Positions 49,108 to 57,906 of a stretch of 64,000 bases of DNA are shown one piece after another; within the stretch, counting starts at the first letter, position 1, and each line of letters opens with the position of its first letter. Below the pieces are notes generated by a model. That model had not been told where the DNA came from and made no database searches. It worked only from the letters and a program-made list of their open reading frames with translations. The stretch covers positions 71,866-135,865 of the IMG/VR virus record IMGVR_UViG_3300050034_000187; one strand, given 5' to 3'. A program made the translations under genes and the position numbers. The stretch comes from a virus.

Positions 49108-49416
49108 ATGTCATTTAATTCAGATACTTCAATTAATTTTGAATGTTATGCACTTTTTAATTATGCGCATTTATATGTGAACTATCATACTGATGAGGCA
49201 AAGCAAGAAGTCATTCGATTATTGACTCCATTTTTGGATAATGCCGAGAATATCTCAGACATTCGTTTTGATACTAATGGCGGCTTACTTATTGTTCGGC
49301 CTCCATTTCTTCCAGAATGGCATGAGAGGGTGTTCCGTATTCCAGAAGAAGTGTCACATGGTGGATCGTTGAAGGGGTTTTTCGATAGCATTCATGATGG
49401 TGTTTGTGTTGATTGA
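49108..49416 (+). CDS. hypothetical protein
   Basis: RBS GAAAGG. Confidence 0.55.
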   Translation: MSFNSDTSINFECYALFNYAHLYVNYHTDEAKQEVIRLLTPFLDNAENISDIRFDTNGGLLIVRPPFLPEWHERVFRIPEEVSHGGSLKGFFDSIHDGVCVD

Positions 49417-49466
49417 CAATTGATTTAAATTTTGGTATTATAGATTCATTGGTCGAGGAGAAACAG

Positions 49467-49811
49467 ATGATTGGAAAAATTATCAAAGACGCGTACAAAC
49501 AAAAGTACGGAGGATATCCAGTTCTGCATATCGAAGAGATATATCGTGGTGAGGATTATGAAGGAAAAAGCGGCGGTGAATTTTACATTGATATTGCTAA
49601 GTTAGAATCTATTGGGGATTCTGAACTGCGATATGTAGAGGGGATTCTACGGATTCCTTTAAATAAGGGAACAAAGGATAGCAGAACTTTTGAAACAGAA
49701 GCATCCGCAAAATATTCTTTTTCAGATGAAGAGGAATGGTGGAGGAATTCAATTTCCTATGATCATAAGAATAGGATGATTATTTACATTGATGTTACCT
49801 TGACACTTTAA
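49467..49811 (+). CDS. hypothetical protein
   Basis: promoter TTGACA-17-TATTAT at 49413; RBS GAGGAG. Confidence 0.6.
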   Translation: MIGKIIKDAYKQKYGGYPVLHIEEIYRGEDYEGKSGGEFYIDIAKLESIGDSELRYVEGILRIPLNKGTKDSRTFETEASAKYSFSDEEEWWRNSISYDHKNRMIIYIDVTLTL

Positions 49812-49830
49812 TTGAAAGGGGATTTATTAC

Positions 49831-50733
49831 ATGGGAAAGACAAATTGGGGAGTTGTAATCGGACGATTTCAGTTGGATAATCTGACAGAAGCGCATAAGC
49901 TTCTTCTAGCAAAGGTTTCATCAAAGCATCCTCGGGTGGTTGTATTTATTGGAGTGCGGGCAGGTTGTTCAACTTCAAATGACCCTTTGGATTATGCAAC
50001 CCGAGAGAAGATGATTCGAGCAGAAGTTCCGAATGCTATTATCTCTCCACTTCGAGACGAGAAGTATGATGAGGATTGGTCACGTAATCTTGACAATAAG
50101 ATTCTTGAAATTACAGGATCAATTCCCGCAGATATTACTCTTTATGGTGGCAGGGATAGTTTTGCAACAAGTTATCTTGGACGATTTTCCGTAAAGGAAT
50201 TGGAGCTTGAAGTACCCATTGAAATTTCTGCAAGTAAGGTTCGAGCATTCATCACAGACAATGTGATGAGTTCAAGTGATTTTCGAGCAGGGGCAATTTA
50301 TGCTCTTCAGCAAAATTTTCCGAAGGTTTATACCACGGTTGATATTGCGCCAATTCACGGTGATGAAATTCTGCTAGGAAAGAAGAAGATGGATCGTGGT
50401 TGGCGCTTTCCGGGCGGATTTGTAGAAGTTCAAAGTGAAGATAGCTCTCTTGAAGAAAATGCTAAGCGAGAACTTCAAGAAGAGACTGCGTTGAGCGTTA
50501 GTTCTATCCATTATATTACTTCTCATGTGATAAATGATTGGCGATATAAGGGAAGTCCAGATAATATTATGACAACCTTTTTTCTTGCTCATACTACCGA
50601 TCTTGCTGCAAGGGCCTCCGATGATCTTGATTCTGTGAAGTGGTTCAAGCTTGCTGATGTAAATGAAGATATGTTCGAAGGGGAACATGCGCAACTTTGG
50701 AAGGCTCTGAAAAGTTATTTGGATAAGGAGTAA
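49831..50733 (+). CDS. bifunctional NMN adenylyltransferase / NUDIX hydrolase (NadM-NUDIX)
   Basis: GRFQ...LTEAH, DPL...R..MI, ISAS.VR, TVD, FPGGFV...ENAKRELQEET, DD. Confidence 0.9.
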   Translation: MGKTNWGVVIGRFQLDNLTEAHKLLLAKVSSKHPRVVVFIGVRAGCSTSNDPLDYATREKMIRAEVPNAIISPLRDEKYDEDWSRNLDNKILEITGSIPADITLYGGRDSFATSYLGRFSVKELELEVPIEISASKVRAFITDNVMSSSDFRAGAIYALQQNFPKVYTTVDIAPIHGDEILLGKKKMDRGWRFPGGFVEVQSEDSSLEENAKRELQEETALSVSSIHYITSHVINDWRYKGSPDNIMTTFFLAHTTDLAARASDDLDSVKWFKLADVNEDMFEGEHAQLWKALKSYLDKE

Positions 50734-50736
50734 TTT

Positions 50737-51063
50737 ATGCATAATAGGATTTGGTTTGCGGTGATGATATTTATGTTGTTGACTATCATCACCGGATGTA
50801 AAGATACTTCGGTTGTCGATGGAACACTATTATATAGGAGTATTGATCCCGCCCACGATGTAATGGTTATGAAGTCGGCTGGAAAACTTCAGTATGTTGA
50901 AACAGATCATATTGATGCCCGATATTATATTACCGTGGCAGGAATAAATTCGTCCGGAAAACATGTGCAAGAGAGTTTGGGAGTTCCAAAAGAATTCTAT
51001 GACTCTGCTCGGGCAGGAAATCATTTTGTATATTCAAATAAGCATTATTGGTGGAGTAAGTGA
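50737..51063 (+). CDS. putative lipoprotein
   Basis: signal peptide with ITGC lipobox. Confidence 0.6.
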   Translation: MHNRIWFAVMIFMLLTIITGCKDTSVVDGTLLYRSIDPAHDVMVMKSAGKLQYVETDHIDARYYITVAGINSSGKHVQESLGVPKEFYDSARAGNHFVYSNKHYWWSK

Positions 51064-51201
51064 TATATTCTCAAAATGGATTTTTTCAAAGAGCAAGAGA
51101 AGTACATGGCAAAAAGTATCTTTGTGATAAGATGAATTGAAATAAAATTATTATTATGTGTCCAATTTATTTCAATTTTAAAGTTAGTACAGGAGGATAT
51201 T

Positions 51202-51447
51202 ATGAATCTATTCAAGAAAACTATTACCAAGATTTGCGGAGATTACAAACGAGTGCATAAGTGTACTCGTTGTGGCGCGGTAAATGCTAATTTAACCATA
51301 GATATTTGCTGGTCCTGTGGTAGCAATAGTAATTATTTTGTTGATACGGTTGCTCGGCATGTTACCGAATCTGTCTATGAATGGTGGAAGCCATTTTCTT
51401 ATTCTTCTGGAGAATATTATTGGGAAGAATCTCCATATCAAGATTAA
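51202..51447 (+). CDS. small Zn-ribbon protein
   Basis: CTRC..CWSC; RBS GGAGG. Confidence 0.6.
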   Translation: MNLFKKTITKICGDYKRVHKCTRCGAVNANLTIDICWSCGSNSNYFVDTVARHVTESVYEWWKPFSYSSGEYYWEESPYQD

Positions 51448-51494
51448 TTGCACGCAAAATATGTGCTATAATTAATAATGAAAAGGAGAAATAT

Positions 51495-52919
51495 ATGGGG
51501 CAGGACTTGGTAATTAACAATTTGGATTTGGTGGATTCTTACAAGGATACGCAATTTTCAATGTATCCGACGGGTGTGGAAACAATTTATGATTATTTCG
51601 AACCTCGCGGCGGAATTTATCCATACACTTGTTTATTTGGTTTGCAGTATATTTTGAAGCGATATCTAGCGGGGGAGTTTGTAACTCAGAATATGTTGAA
51701 TGAGCAAATTGCGATGGTAATGCCGAATCATATGGGTCCACAATTTAAGTACAATGTTGCAGGATGGCAATATCTTATTGATGAATACGGCGGGCGTCTT
51801 CCAGTTAAGATTCGGGCAGTTCAAGAAGGTATTCCAATTCCAGTTAAGAATATTGTGTTAGATATTGAAAATACTGGGGGAAATAAGACTGCGTGGATTC
51901 CCAACTTTTTAGAAACAATAATTCAGCAATCATGGTACGGTTCAAGCGTTTTTTCTACCAGTCGCATAATTAAGGAAACAATTCATAATGCTCTGGTAAA
52001 GTCTTCAGAAAGTATTAATGGAGAATATCCTTCTCTTCCTTTTCAGTTGCATGATTTCGGTTTTCGCGGAGTTAGTTCAGTAGAATCATCTGCAATTGGG
52101 GGAGCGGCCCATCTTTGCAATTTTCTAGGGACTGATAATAAGATTGCAATGAGTTTTCTCCATCAGTATTATAATGCTCCATATGGATGTGGAAAGAGCG
52201 TGGTTGCTTCCGAGCATTCCGTGATGGAATTTTCTCTCGGAGAAGAAAATGAAGCGGAAACCGTTTCAAGAATTTTGGATGAGAATCCTATTGGAATTGT
52301 TTCTATTGTTGGGGATACCTATAATATTTTTAAGTTTGCCGATAATATTATTGGTAAAGAATTACATGATAAGATTATGAATCGTCCCGATGGAAGTAAG
52401 GTTGTAATTCGGCCAGATTCTGGTGAGCCTACGGAGATTGTTTTGTATGTTCTGAATTCTCTTGCAAATAGCTTTGGATATACCGTGAATTCGCTTGGCT
52501 ATAAGGTTCTTAATCCACATGTTGGCGTTATTCAGGGTGATGGTATGACTCCTTCATCTATTAAGGAATTGTTTGATGTAATTCTTACGCAGGGGTGGTC
52601 TGCGGAAAATGTTCTCACTGGTTCTGGCGGTGGGTTGCTTCAACGCATTAATAGAGATAGTCAAAAGTTCGCTATTAAGGCATCTGCTGCGATTGTTGAT
52701 GGAAAGGTGCTCGAACTATTTAAAGATCCTATTACTGATCCGGGCAAGAAGAGCAAACGAGGATTTCATTCATTGGTGTTTCGAAATGGAAGTTATCAGA
52801 CCATTAATCGAGGCCACGATGAAATTGTTCCCGATGATCTGCTTGAACCTGTATTCGAAAATGGAGAAATTCTTCGTGATCTTTCATGGGATACCATTTG
52901 CAAGAATGCCGCACTTTAA
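51495..52919 (+). CDS. nadV: nicotinamide phosphoribosyltransferase (NAMPT/NadV)
   Basis: DSYK..Q..MYP, LHDFGFRG, SEHS, IRPDSG, IQGDG, GSGGGLLQ, KDPITDPGKKSKRG. Confidence 0.95.
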   Translation: MGQDLVINNLDLVDSYKDTQFSMYPTGVETIYDYFEPRGGIYPYTCLFGLQYILKRYLAGEFVTQNMLNEQIAMVMPNHMGPQFKYNVAGWQYLIDEYGGRLPVKIRAVQEGIPIPVKNIVLDIENTGGNKTAWIPNFLETIIQQSWYGSSVFSTSRIIKETIHNALVKSSESINGEYPSLPFQLHDFGFRGVSSVESSAIGGAAHLCNFLGTDNKIAMSFLHQYYNAPYGCGKSVVASEHSVMEFSLGEENEAETVSRILDENPIGIVSIVGDTYNIFKFADNIIGKELHDKIMNRPDGSKVVIRPDSGEPTEIVLYVLNSLANSFGYTVNSLGYKVLNPHVGVIQGDGMTPSSIKELFDVILTQGWSAENVLTGSGGGLLQRINRDSQKFAIKASAAIVDGKVLELFKDPITDPGKKSKRGFHSLVFRNGSYQTINRGHDEIVPDDLLEPVFENGEILRDLSWDTICKNAAL

Positions 52920-52922
52920 TTA

Positions 52923-52972
52923 AATATACTCTTCATATTTTGGTTGACATCCTTGTATGAAGAGTATATTAT
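52923..52972 (+). promoter_or_regulatory. promoter embedded in a 15-bp inverted repeat
   Basis: AATATACTCTTCATA(52923)/TATGAAGAGTATATT(52956) around TTGACA(52944)-17-TATTAT. Confidence 0.7.
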
Positions 52973-52982
52973 TGTAATTAAT

Positions 52983-52999
52983 GCGAATATCAGGAAGGT
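52983..52999 (+). repeat. 17-bp direct repeat, copy 1 (copy 2 at 57520-57536)
   Basis: GCGAATATCAGGAAGGT, exact in both places. Confidence 0.85.
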
Positions 53000-53566
53000 G
53001 TGATGGAATATATAAATGATGCCAAAGAAGCTTCGCGATTAGAGAATGTCAAGGTATGGAAAAATATTAGCGGGAGAAATAAATTATTTCCGAATGAGCA
53101 ATATTGGAGTTTGATTGATGGAAATTCAAATGAAGCAGAGTCTCTTCTTAAGTCCGGTGCCATGTACAAATATCAAATGCATGGAATAACCAGAGAGCAA
53201 AATGATTTGGATTTATATGTCAGCAAGTATTCGATTGATGCATATTGCGGAGATTGGAATACTATTGTAAAATCTATAGGTATCTGCCCAAACGGAGGAA
53301 TTGTATATTTGGATTCAATTACCAATGTGAATAATCCAGAGGCATCCGAACTGGCAAATATTACTATGCAGTATAGTGGATTGCATACGTTAATTTGTGC
53401 TAATTATATTGCTGAAAATTATCATCATGGCGGTAAATTGGATGAGAGAACATTGTTTGAATTATTGACAATCCCGGCGGGATGGACTATGATTAATAAT
53501 AAGTATTATCCACCAAAAACTCATTTAACTCAGATGGTTACATACTTTTTTTGGAGAGAATTTTAA
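53000..53566 (+). CDS. hypothetical protein, possibly a degenerate Rossmann/MTase-like fold
   Basis: CGDW and GGIVYLDS segments; stop overlaps the helicase ATG. Confidence 0.4.
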   Translation: MMEYINDAKEASRLENVKVWKNISGRNKLFPNEQYWSLIDGNSNEAESLLKSGAMYKYQMHGITREQNDLDLYVSKYSIDAYCGDWNTIVKSIGICPNGGIVYLDSITNVNNPEASELANITMQYSGLHTLICANYIAENYHHGGKLDERTLFELLTIPAGWTMINNKYYPPKTHLTQMVTYFFWREF

Positions 53567-55509
53567 TGAAAATTTTTAGTTTGAATGTTGATAATTTATT
53601 TGATACAAAAGCAATGCCGCATGGTAGGTGGGAAGCAATTGATGAAGATCTATTGCAGAAAGTGCAAAATAAAAAGAAAATAAATACTGTTGCCTTTTCT
53701 GGTAATTATCAATGGCAAGAGGATGTTATTCATATGGTGGTGAATAACGATGTTTCTTTGATTAATAGTCCAACGGGTAGTGGTAAGTCGAATATTCTCA
53801 TGTGTTCTGCGGCAGTTTTATCATCGGTTGGATTTAAAACTATGATTATTTGCCCCCGCCAATCAATTGTGCATGGTTTTTTATCTAAAAATTTTATGTT
53901 TGAAAATAAAGAATACATCGGAAATGTATCGACAGTATCCAGCACAAATACGTATAATTCTATCAATAATATTAAAACATGGTTATTGAATAATAAAACT
54001 TCAAATACCATGGTAACAACTATTCCATCTTTTCTGGGAGCATTTAATTCATTTTCCGATGAAGAAAAGAATTATTTTATTGAAAATATTGCCCCTAAAT
54101 TTTGGATTGGAATTGATGAATTTCATCATGCGGGTGAAGAAGATACCGATGATAATACTACCGAGTTGGGAAAGATAGTCAAAGAATTACTTACAATGAA
54201 AATTCGTATGGTTGGCTGCACTGCCACTTATTTTCGTAACGATGATATGCCGCTATTTCCCGGTTTACATTTTGCTCTATTTGATTCAGTAACTAAAATT
54301 GGAAATCAATATGTGCGGGAATTTATTGATCATTTTTCTACTTTGAATCTTGATAGTTTCACTTTGAATATTTTTGGTTCTGATCTTGACCCAATGGATG
54401 ATCTAATTGCTAATATTCAAAATGAGCCAAATGAAGTGCATCTTGTTTGCATTCCGGCACTGCTTCCAACTCATGCATATTGCAATGAAAGTTGGAAAAG
54501 CAAAATTCGTTTCTCCTTTAAAGAATTATTTGGAGATACCTGCATTGATTTATTGGGAGAAGATAGGCATGATAATTTGAAGAAATTAATTAAGGCAAAT
54601 TGTGAATATGAAAAATCTAATGTTTTCCCATATAAGGTTATTTTGTCATGTGATATGGTGCGAGAAGGCACTGATATTATTCCGGCATCTAGATTGCATG
54701 ATTTGGCTCCTTCGAAAAGTGAAGTGAAGAAGCAACAAACTATTGGCCGGGTATTGCGGCGTGACCCTTGGGGAAATAAACACGATGCACAATACAATGT
54801 ATATTTTGCAAATTTTAATTCTTTTTATTCAGAAGAACAGCAGAAACAATTAGCATCTGATTTTATCATAGTTGCGATGGTTGGTCTTCTTACTTCATTG
54901 GATTATTTTGAACCCCCAACTATTAATCAAGCAGATAATAATATATGTGAAGAGGTATTTAACACTTCTGCAAAAGAAGTTAAAAGCTCGTTGATGACGA
55001 CATTATTGTTAGAGAATGGAGACAAAGAAAAAACAATTAATACGGTGTTGCAAAATAATAATATTTGTGGTATAAACAATAGGAAGAGAGCTAAAAAATA
55101 CCTTGAGAAATTGTGTATTCAATGGGAAAAAACTATTGATCAACCAGAAAAAGAAGTTGATAAAATCCCAACTAAGCAAGAAAAAGATAGTTCAACTATT
55201 GTAAAGAAACCTTCGGTGTGGTATTATTATCCAAATGGAGAAGTACAATACCTAAGTAAATTATATCCAGCATTGATGAGTAGCATTGGAAATTATTTTG
55301 GGAAATATACCGAAGGAATTATGCAAAAACTACGGCAGGATGTGAATTTTTTAAAAAGTGATCGAACGGATGCAATTTATGCAATTTATAAAGACCGATT
55401 CTCTGAGCGAAATAAAAAAGGAAAAACTGCTCGTAATAGAATGCGATCCAAGGGAATTCACAATATTTTAATTGAGGCGGGAAAACCTGAAAAAGATATT
55501 GACAGTTAA
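53566..55509 (+). CDS. SF2 (DExH) helicase
   Basis: Q-motif WQ, SPTGSGKS, IDEFHH, TAT, REGTD, QTIGRVLR. Confidence 0.88.
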   Translation: MKIFSLNVDNLFDTKAMPHGRWEAIDEDLLQKVQNKKKINTVAFSGNYQWQEDVIHMVVNNDVSLINSPTGSGKSNILMCSAAVLSSVGFKTMIICPRQSIVHGFLSKNFMFENKEYIGNVSTVSSTNTYNSINNIKTWLLNNKTSNTMVTTIPSFLGAFNSFSDEEKNYFIENIAPKFWIGIDEFHHAGEEDTDDNTTELGKIVKELLTMKIRMVGCTATYFRNDDMPLFPGLHFALFDSVTKIGNQYVREFIDHFSTLNLDSFTLNIFGSDLDPMDDLIANIQNEPNEVHLVCIPALLPTHAYCNESWKSKIRFSFKELFGDTCIDLLGEDRHDNLKKLIKANCEYEKSNVFPYKVILSCDMVREGTDIIPASRLHDLAPSKSEVKKQQTIGRVLRRDPWGNKHDAQYNVYFANFNSFYSEEQQKQLASDFIIVAMVGLLTSLDYFEPPTINQADNNICEEVFNTSAKEVKSSLMTTLLLENGDKEKTINTVLQNNNICGINNRKRAKKYLEKLCIQWEKTIDQPEKEVDKIPTKQEKDSSTIVKKPSVWYYYPNGEVQYLSKLYPALMSSIGNYFGKYTEGIMQKLRQDVNFLKSDRTDAIYAIYKDRFSERNKKGKTARNRMRSKGIHNILIEAGKPEKDIDS

Positions 55510-55527
55510 ATATAAACCTGCTATCAT
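55499..55527 (+). promoter_or_regulatory. sigma70-like promoter of the Cas12m-like gene
   Basis: TTGACA-17-TATCAT with extended TG; RBS GAAAGG. Confidence 0.7.
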
Positions 55528-55548
55528 TGAAAATGAAAGGAATATATT

Positions 55549-57552
55549 ATGGCACTTGCCAAGAACAAAGAAACTTTTGAAGCAAAGATGAAAAAGTATG
55601 ATGAAATGCGAGAAGATAACGAAAAAAGTGCGCAGGTATTGGCAAAGATTGAACGTTCTCGGCAGCAGTATATTATGCAAAATCAGGGATTTGCGCAAGA
55701 ATGCGGTATTAATCTTGGTAATAGTGTTACGCGGGTTGTAACCTATGCCGGATTTGGACACATTCATGAGGTTAATACCAATCTTACTGGTGAACAATAT
55801 ATGCGGTTGAGTCATGAATATTATAACGATTGTGCCGAGGCTCTTCAGCCAATGGTTAAAAAGTTTTGGAAGATGATTAATGGACCTATCGGAATGCAAT
55901 TTCAAAAACTTTCCAATGATATTAATACATTGTATGATACAATTCGAAAAATTAAATCAATTGCATTTCTTCAAAAGAATGCCACAGCAGAAATGAAAGA
56001 AGTAACTGACAAGCAAATTTCTGATATTAAAGATCAAATTTCAGTTTTTCAAAATCTGAAGTCGGAAATCATTCTACCGATGTATGATGAACGTCGCCAG
56101 AATATGAAAAAGCACGCCGAAGAAATTCTTGCTCTGAAGGATGAGAAGAATGCAATCATTACCGGCTGCCGCGCCAAGATTCGTGAGCAAAAGCTTTATG
56201 CCGGAGCATACAAGGCAATTGAGGCGGCAGTAAATGCATCCTATAAGAAAGTAACCGATACCAAGAATATTGATCGGCTTGAAATGCGTTATCGTTATGG
56301 CGATATTCGTACTGGCAACCCACCTTCCGAAAGTATGCTTACTTATCCTAAATGGGATGGGGAAGGAACAATTTATAGCAATCAGATTTCAGTCAATTAT
56401 TCTGTCAAGGATATTATGAATCGTATTAATACAATTGTACAGATTCGTAAGTATAATCCGCAAGTAGATAATGAAATTTTTGGTATGAAATCGTCATTTA
56501 CCGAAAAGAAAGTTCCTCTTTATATTGTAGCAATTGCCGATGCAATGGTGCACGATTCTCGCGGCAAGGCAAGCATTAAAACATGGTATGAAATTCCGAT
56601 GTTTATGCATCGTCCTCTTTCAGATAATGATTCGGATTCTGTTCTTGGGGTGAAAGTGGTTCGAACAAAGGTTGGATTTAAGCATTCCTTTGAGATTCAG
56701 TTTTGTATTAAGAAGGAAGTTTTTTTTGATAGAATTACCAATAAAAAGAAGGAAGTTTTCATTACTCCCACCTTTGAAACATTAGAAAATAATGATCTTC
56801 AATTTTGTACTTGGACAGACAATAGTGGAACTTCTGGAAATGGCATTATTCCATCAAACCTTTTTGTTGATAAGAAGATGACACAAAATGCTGATTTGCA
56901 GCGGCGAATTCAAGAACATCTTTCAATGATGAAAAACTATCTTGATAGCAATAAACTTTATAATTCACCAGAATTGCAAGTATATGCTGTTGATATCACG
57001 TCTGGAAGAAGTCAGATGCGGTATGCTTTTCGAGATTGGACAAATAAACTTATTACTTCAGATAAAAGTAAATATGACGATATTAAGCATCTTCGTTATT
57101 ACGCCCGGGATCGTCATTTGGAAAAGTCTCCAGATGGTAAATTTATTCCATATGGCGGGGATTATGAGGCAATGGTAGATCACATCGCCACTAACATCGG
57201 AAAACTATTCCCCACCATGAATCAAACATCTACGTATGCATATGCAGCGTTGCTAATATTTAATGAGAGGTTCTCTCATTTGTATACCTTTTATACCGAT
57301 GCATCAAGTAAGGCAGAACGTCAACGAAAAGAAGAATTTCGAAAGTTTGCTAAGAGTATTTGTGATACTTATAATAATGTAACCATCACAAATGTTAATT
57401 TTGCAACCCGCCGAATTACTCCAACTCAAAAAATTATTGCTCCTTCTATTTTTGTTAGTGTCTTGGAAAGCACCGCTGGTAATAATGGCGTTCGCTTAAT
57501 TAAACTGAAGGAAAAGAAAGCGAATATCAGGAAGGTCCGCGCTAATTCATAG
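55549..57552 (+). CDS. Cas12m (type V-M/V-U1)-like CRISPR effector, nuclease-dead and C-terminally truncated
   Basis: QYMRLSHEYYND, long coiled coil, LYAGAY, KWDGEGTI, WYEIPMFMHRPL, VKVVRTKVG match my recollection of Cas12m WED/REC motifs; RuvC acidic residues absent; CRISPR array 113 bp downstream. Confidence 0.8.
   Translation: MALAKNKETFEAKMKKYDEMREDNEKSAQVLAKIERSRQQYIMQNQGFAQECGINLGNSVTRVVTYAGFGHIHEVNTNLTGEQYMRLSHEYYNDCAEALQPMVKKFWKMINGPIGMQFQKLSNDINTLYDTIRKIKSIAFLQKNATAEMKEVTDKQISDIKDQISVFQNLKSEIILPMYDERRQNMKKHAEEILALKDEKNAIITGCRAKIREQKLYAGAYKAIEAAVNASYKKVTDTKNIDRLEMRYRYGDIRTGNPPSESMLTYPKWDGEGTIYSNQISVNYSVKDIMNRINTIVQIRKYNPQVDNEIFGMKSSFTEKKVPLYIVAIADAMVHDSRGKASIKTWYEIPMFMHRPLSDNDSDSVLGVKVVRTKVGFKHSFEIQFCIKKEVFFDRITNKKKEVFITPTFETLENNDLQFCTWTDNSGTSGNGIIPSNLFVDKKMTQNADLQRRIQEHLSMMKNYLDSNKLYNSPELQVYAVDITSGRSQMRYAFRDWTNKLITSDKSKYDDIKHLRYYARDRHLEKSPDGKFIPYGGDYEAMVDHIATNIGKLFPTMNQTSTYAYAALLIFNERFSHLYTFYTDASSKAERQRKEEFRKFAKSICDTYNNVTITNVNFATRRITPTQKIIAPSIFVSVLESTAGNNGVRLIKLKEKKANIRKVRANS
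57520..57536 (+). repeat. 17-bp direct repeat, copy 2
   Basis: GCGAATATCAGGAAGGT. Confidence 0.85.
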
Positions 57553-57665
57553 CAAATGACTTAGAAGATATTATGAATTAATTGTAACAAAATGTAACAC
57601 TACTTGGGGCGGTTCGCGTAATTCATTGCATAAGTAATTGATTGCACGAGAGTTAAAATGCCGCC
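57553..57665 (+). promoter_or_regulatory. CRISPR leader with IHF consensus site
   Basis: TAAGTAATTGATT (57631-57643) fits YAANNNNTTGATW; TTGGGGCGG(57604)/CCGCCCCAA(57661) inverted repeat. Confidence 0.6.
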
Positions 57666-57845
57666 CCAACAATAGGGTGCTCAATCCCTTTATAGTTGAG
57701 ACGCTGATATGTATTCGCCCAGTCTTGCCACTCAACACCAACAATAGGGTGCTCAATCCCTTTATAGTTGAGACCTAATTTATGTAAAATTTCTATCGGC
57801 TCACGCGGCCAACAATAGGGTGCTCAATCCCTTTATAGTTGAGAC
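57666..57845 (+). CRISPR. mini CRISPR array: 3 identical 37-bp repeats, 2 spacers (35 and 34 bp)
   Basis: repeat CCAACAATAGGGTGCTCAATCCCTTTATAGTTGAGAC at 57666, 57738, 57809; spacers GCTGATATGTATTCGCCCAGTCTTGCCACTCAACA and CTAATTTATGTAAAATTTCTATCGGCTCACGCGG. Confidence 0.93.
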
Positions 57846-57906
57846 TGACCGTTCCCTCTTTACAATTGAGAGTGAATGGTATATTATTTTTATAGAGGGG
57901 AATTAT

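Noticed and set aside
55549-57552. Calling the 667-aa ORF an ordinary TnpB or an active Cas12 nuclease
   Set aside because: No IS ends or tnpA nearby, a CRISPR array is adjacent, and the RuvC acidic residues and Zn finger are missing
57553-57665. tracrRNA between effector and array
   Set aside because: No extended anti-repeat found; only a 9-bp stem touching the first 4 nt of repeat 1
57703-57737. Self-targeting of spacer 1 against the 17-bp repeat (GCGAATA...ATCAG similarity on the reverse strand)
   Set aside because: Needs a 4-nt gap and gives only short matches; not a credible protospacer
57846-57872. Possible fourth degenerate CRISPR repeat (TCCCTCTTTACAATTGAGAG)
   Set aside because: It resembles only the 3' half of the repeat, starts a few nt after repeat 3 with no spacer-length gap, and overlaps the -35 of the next promoter
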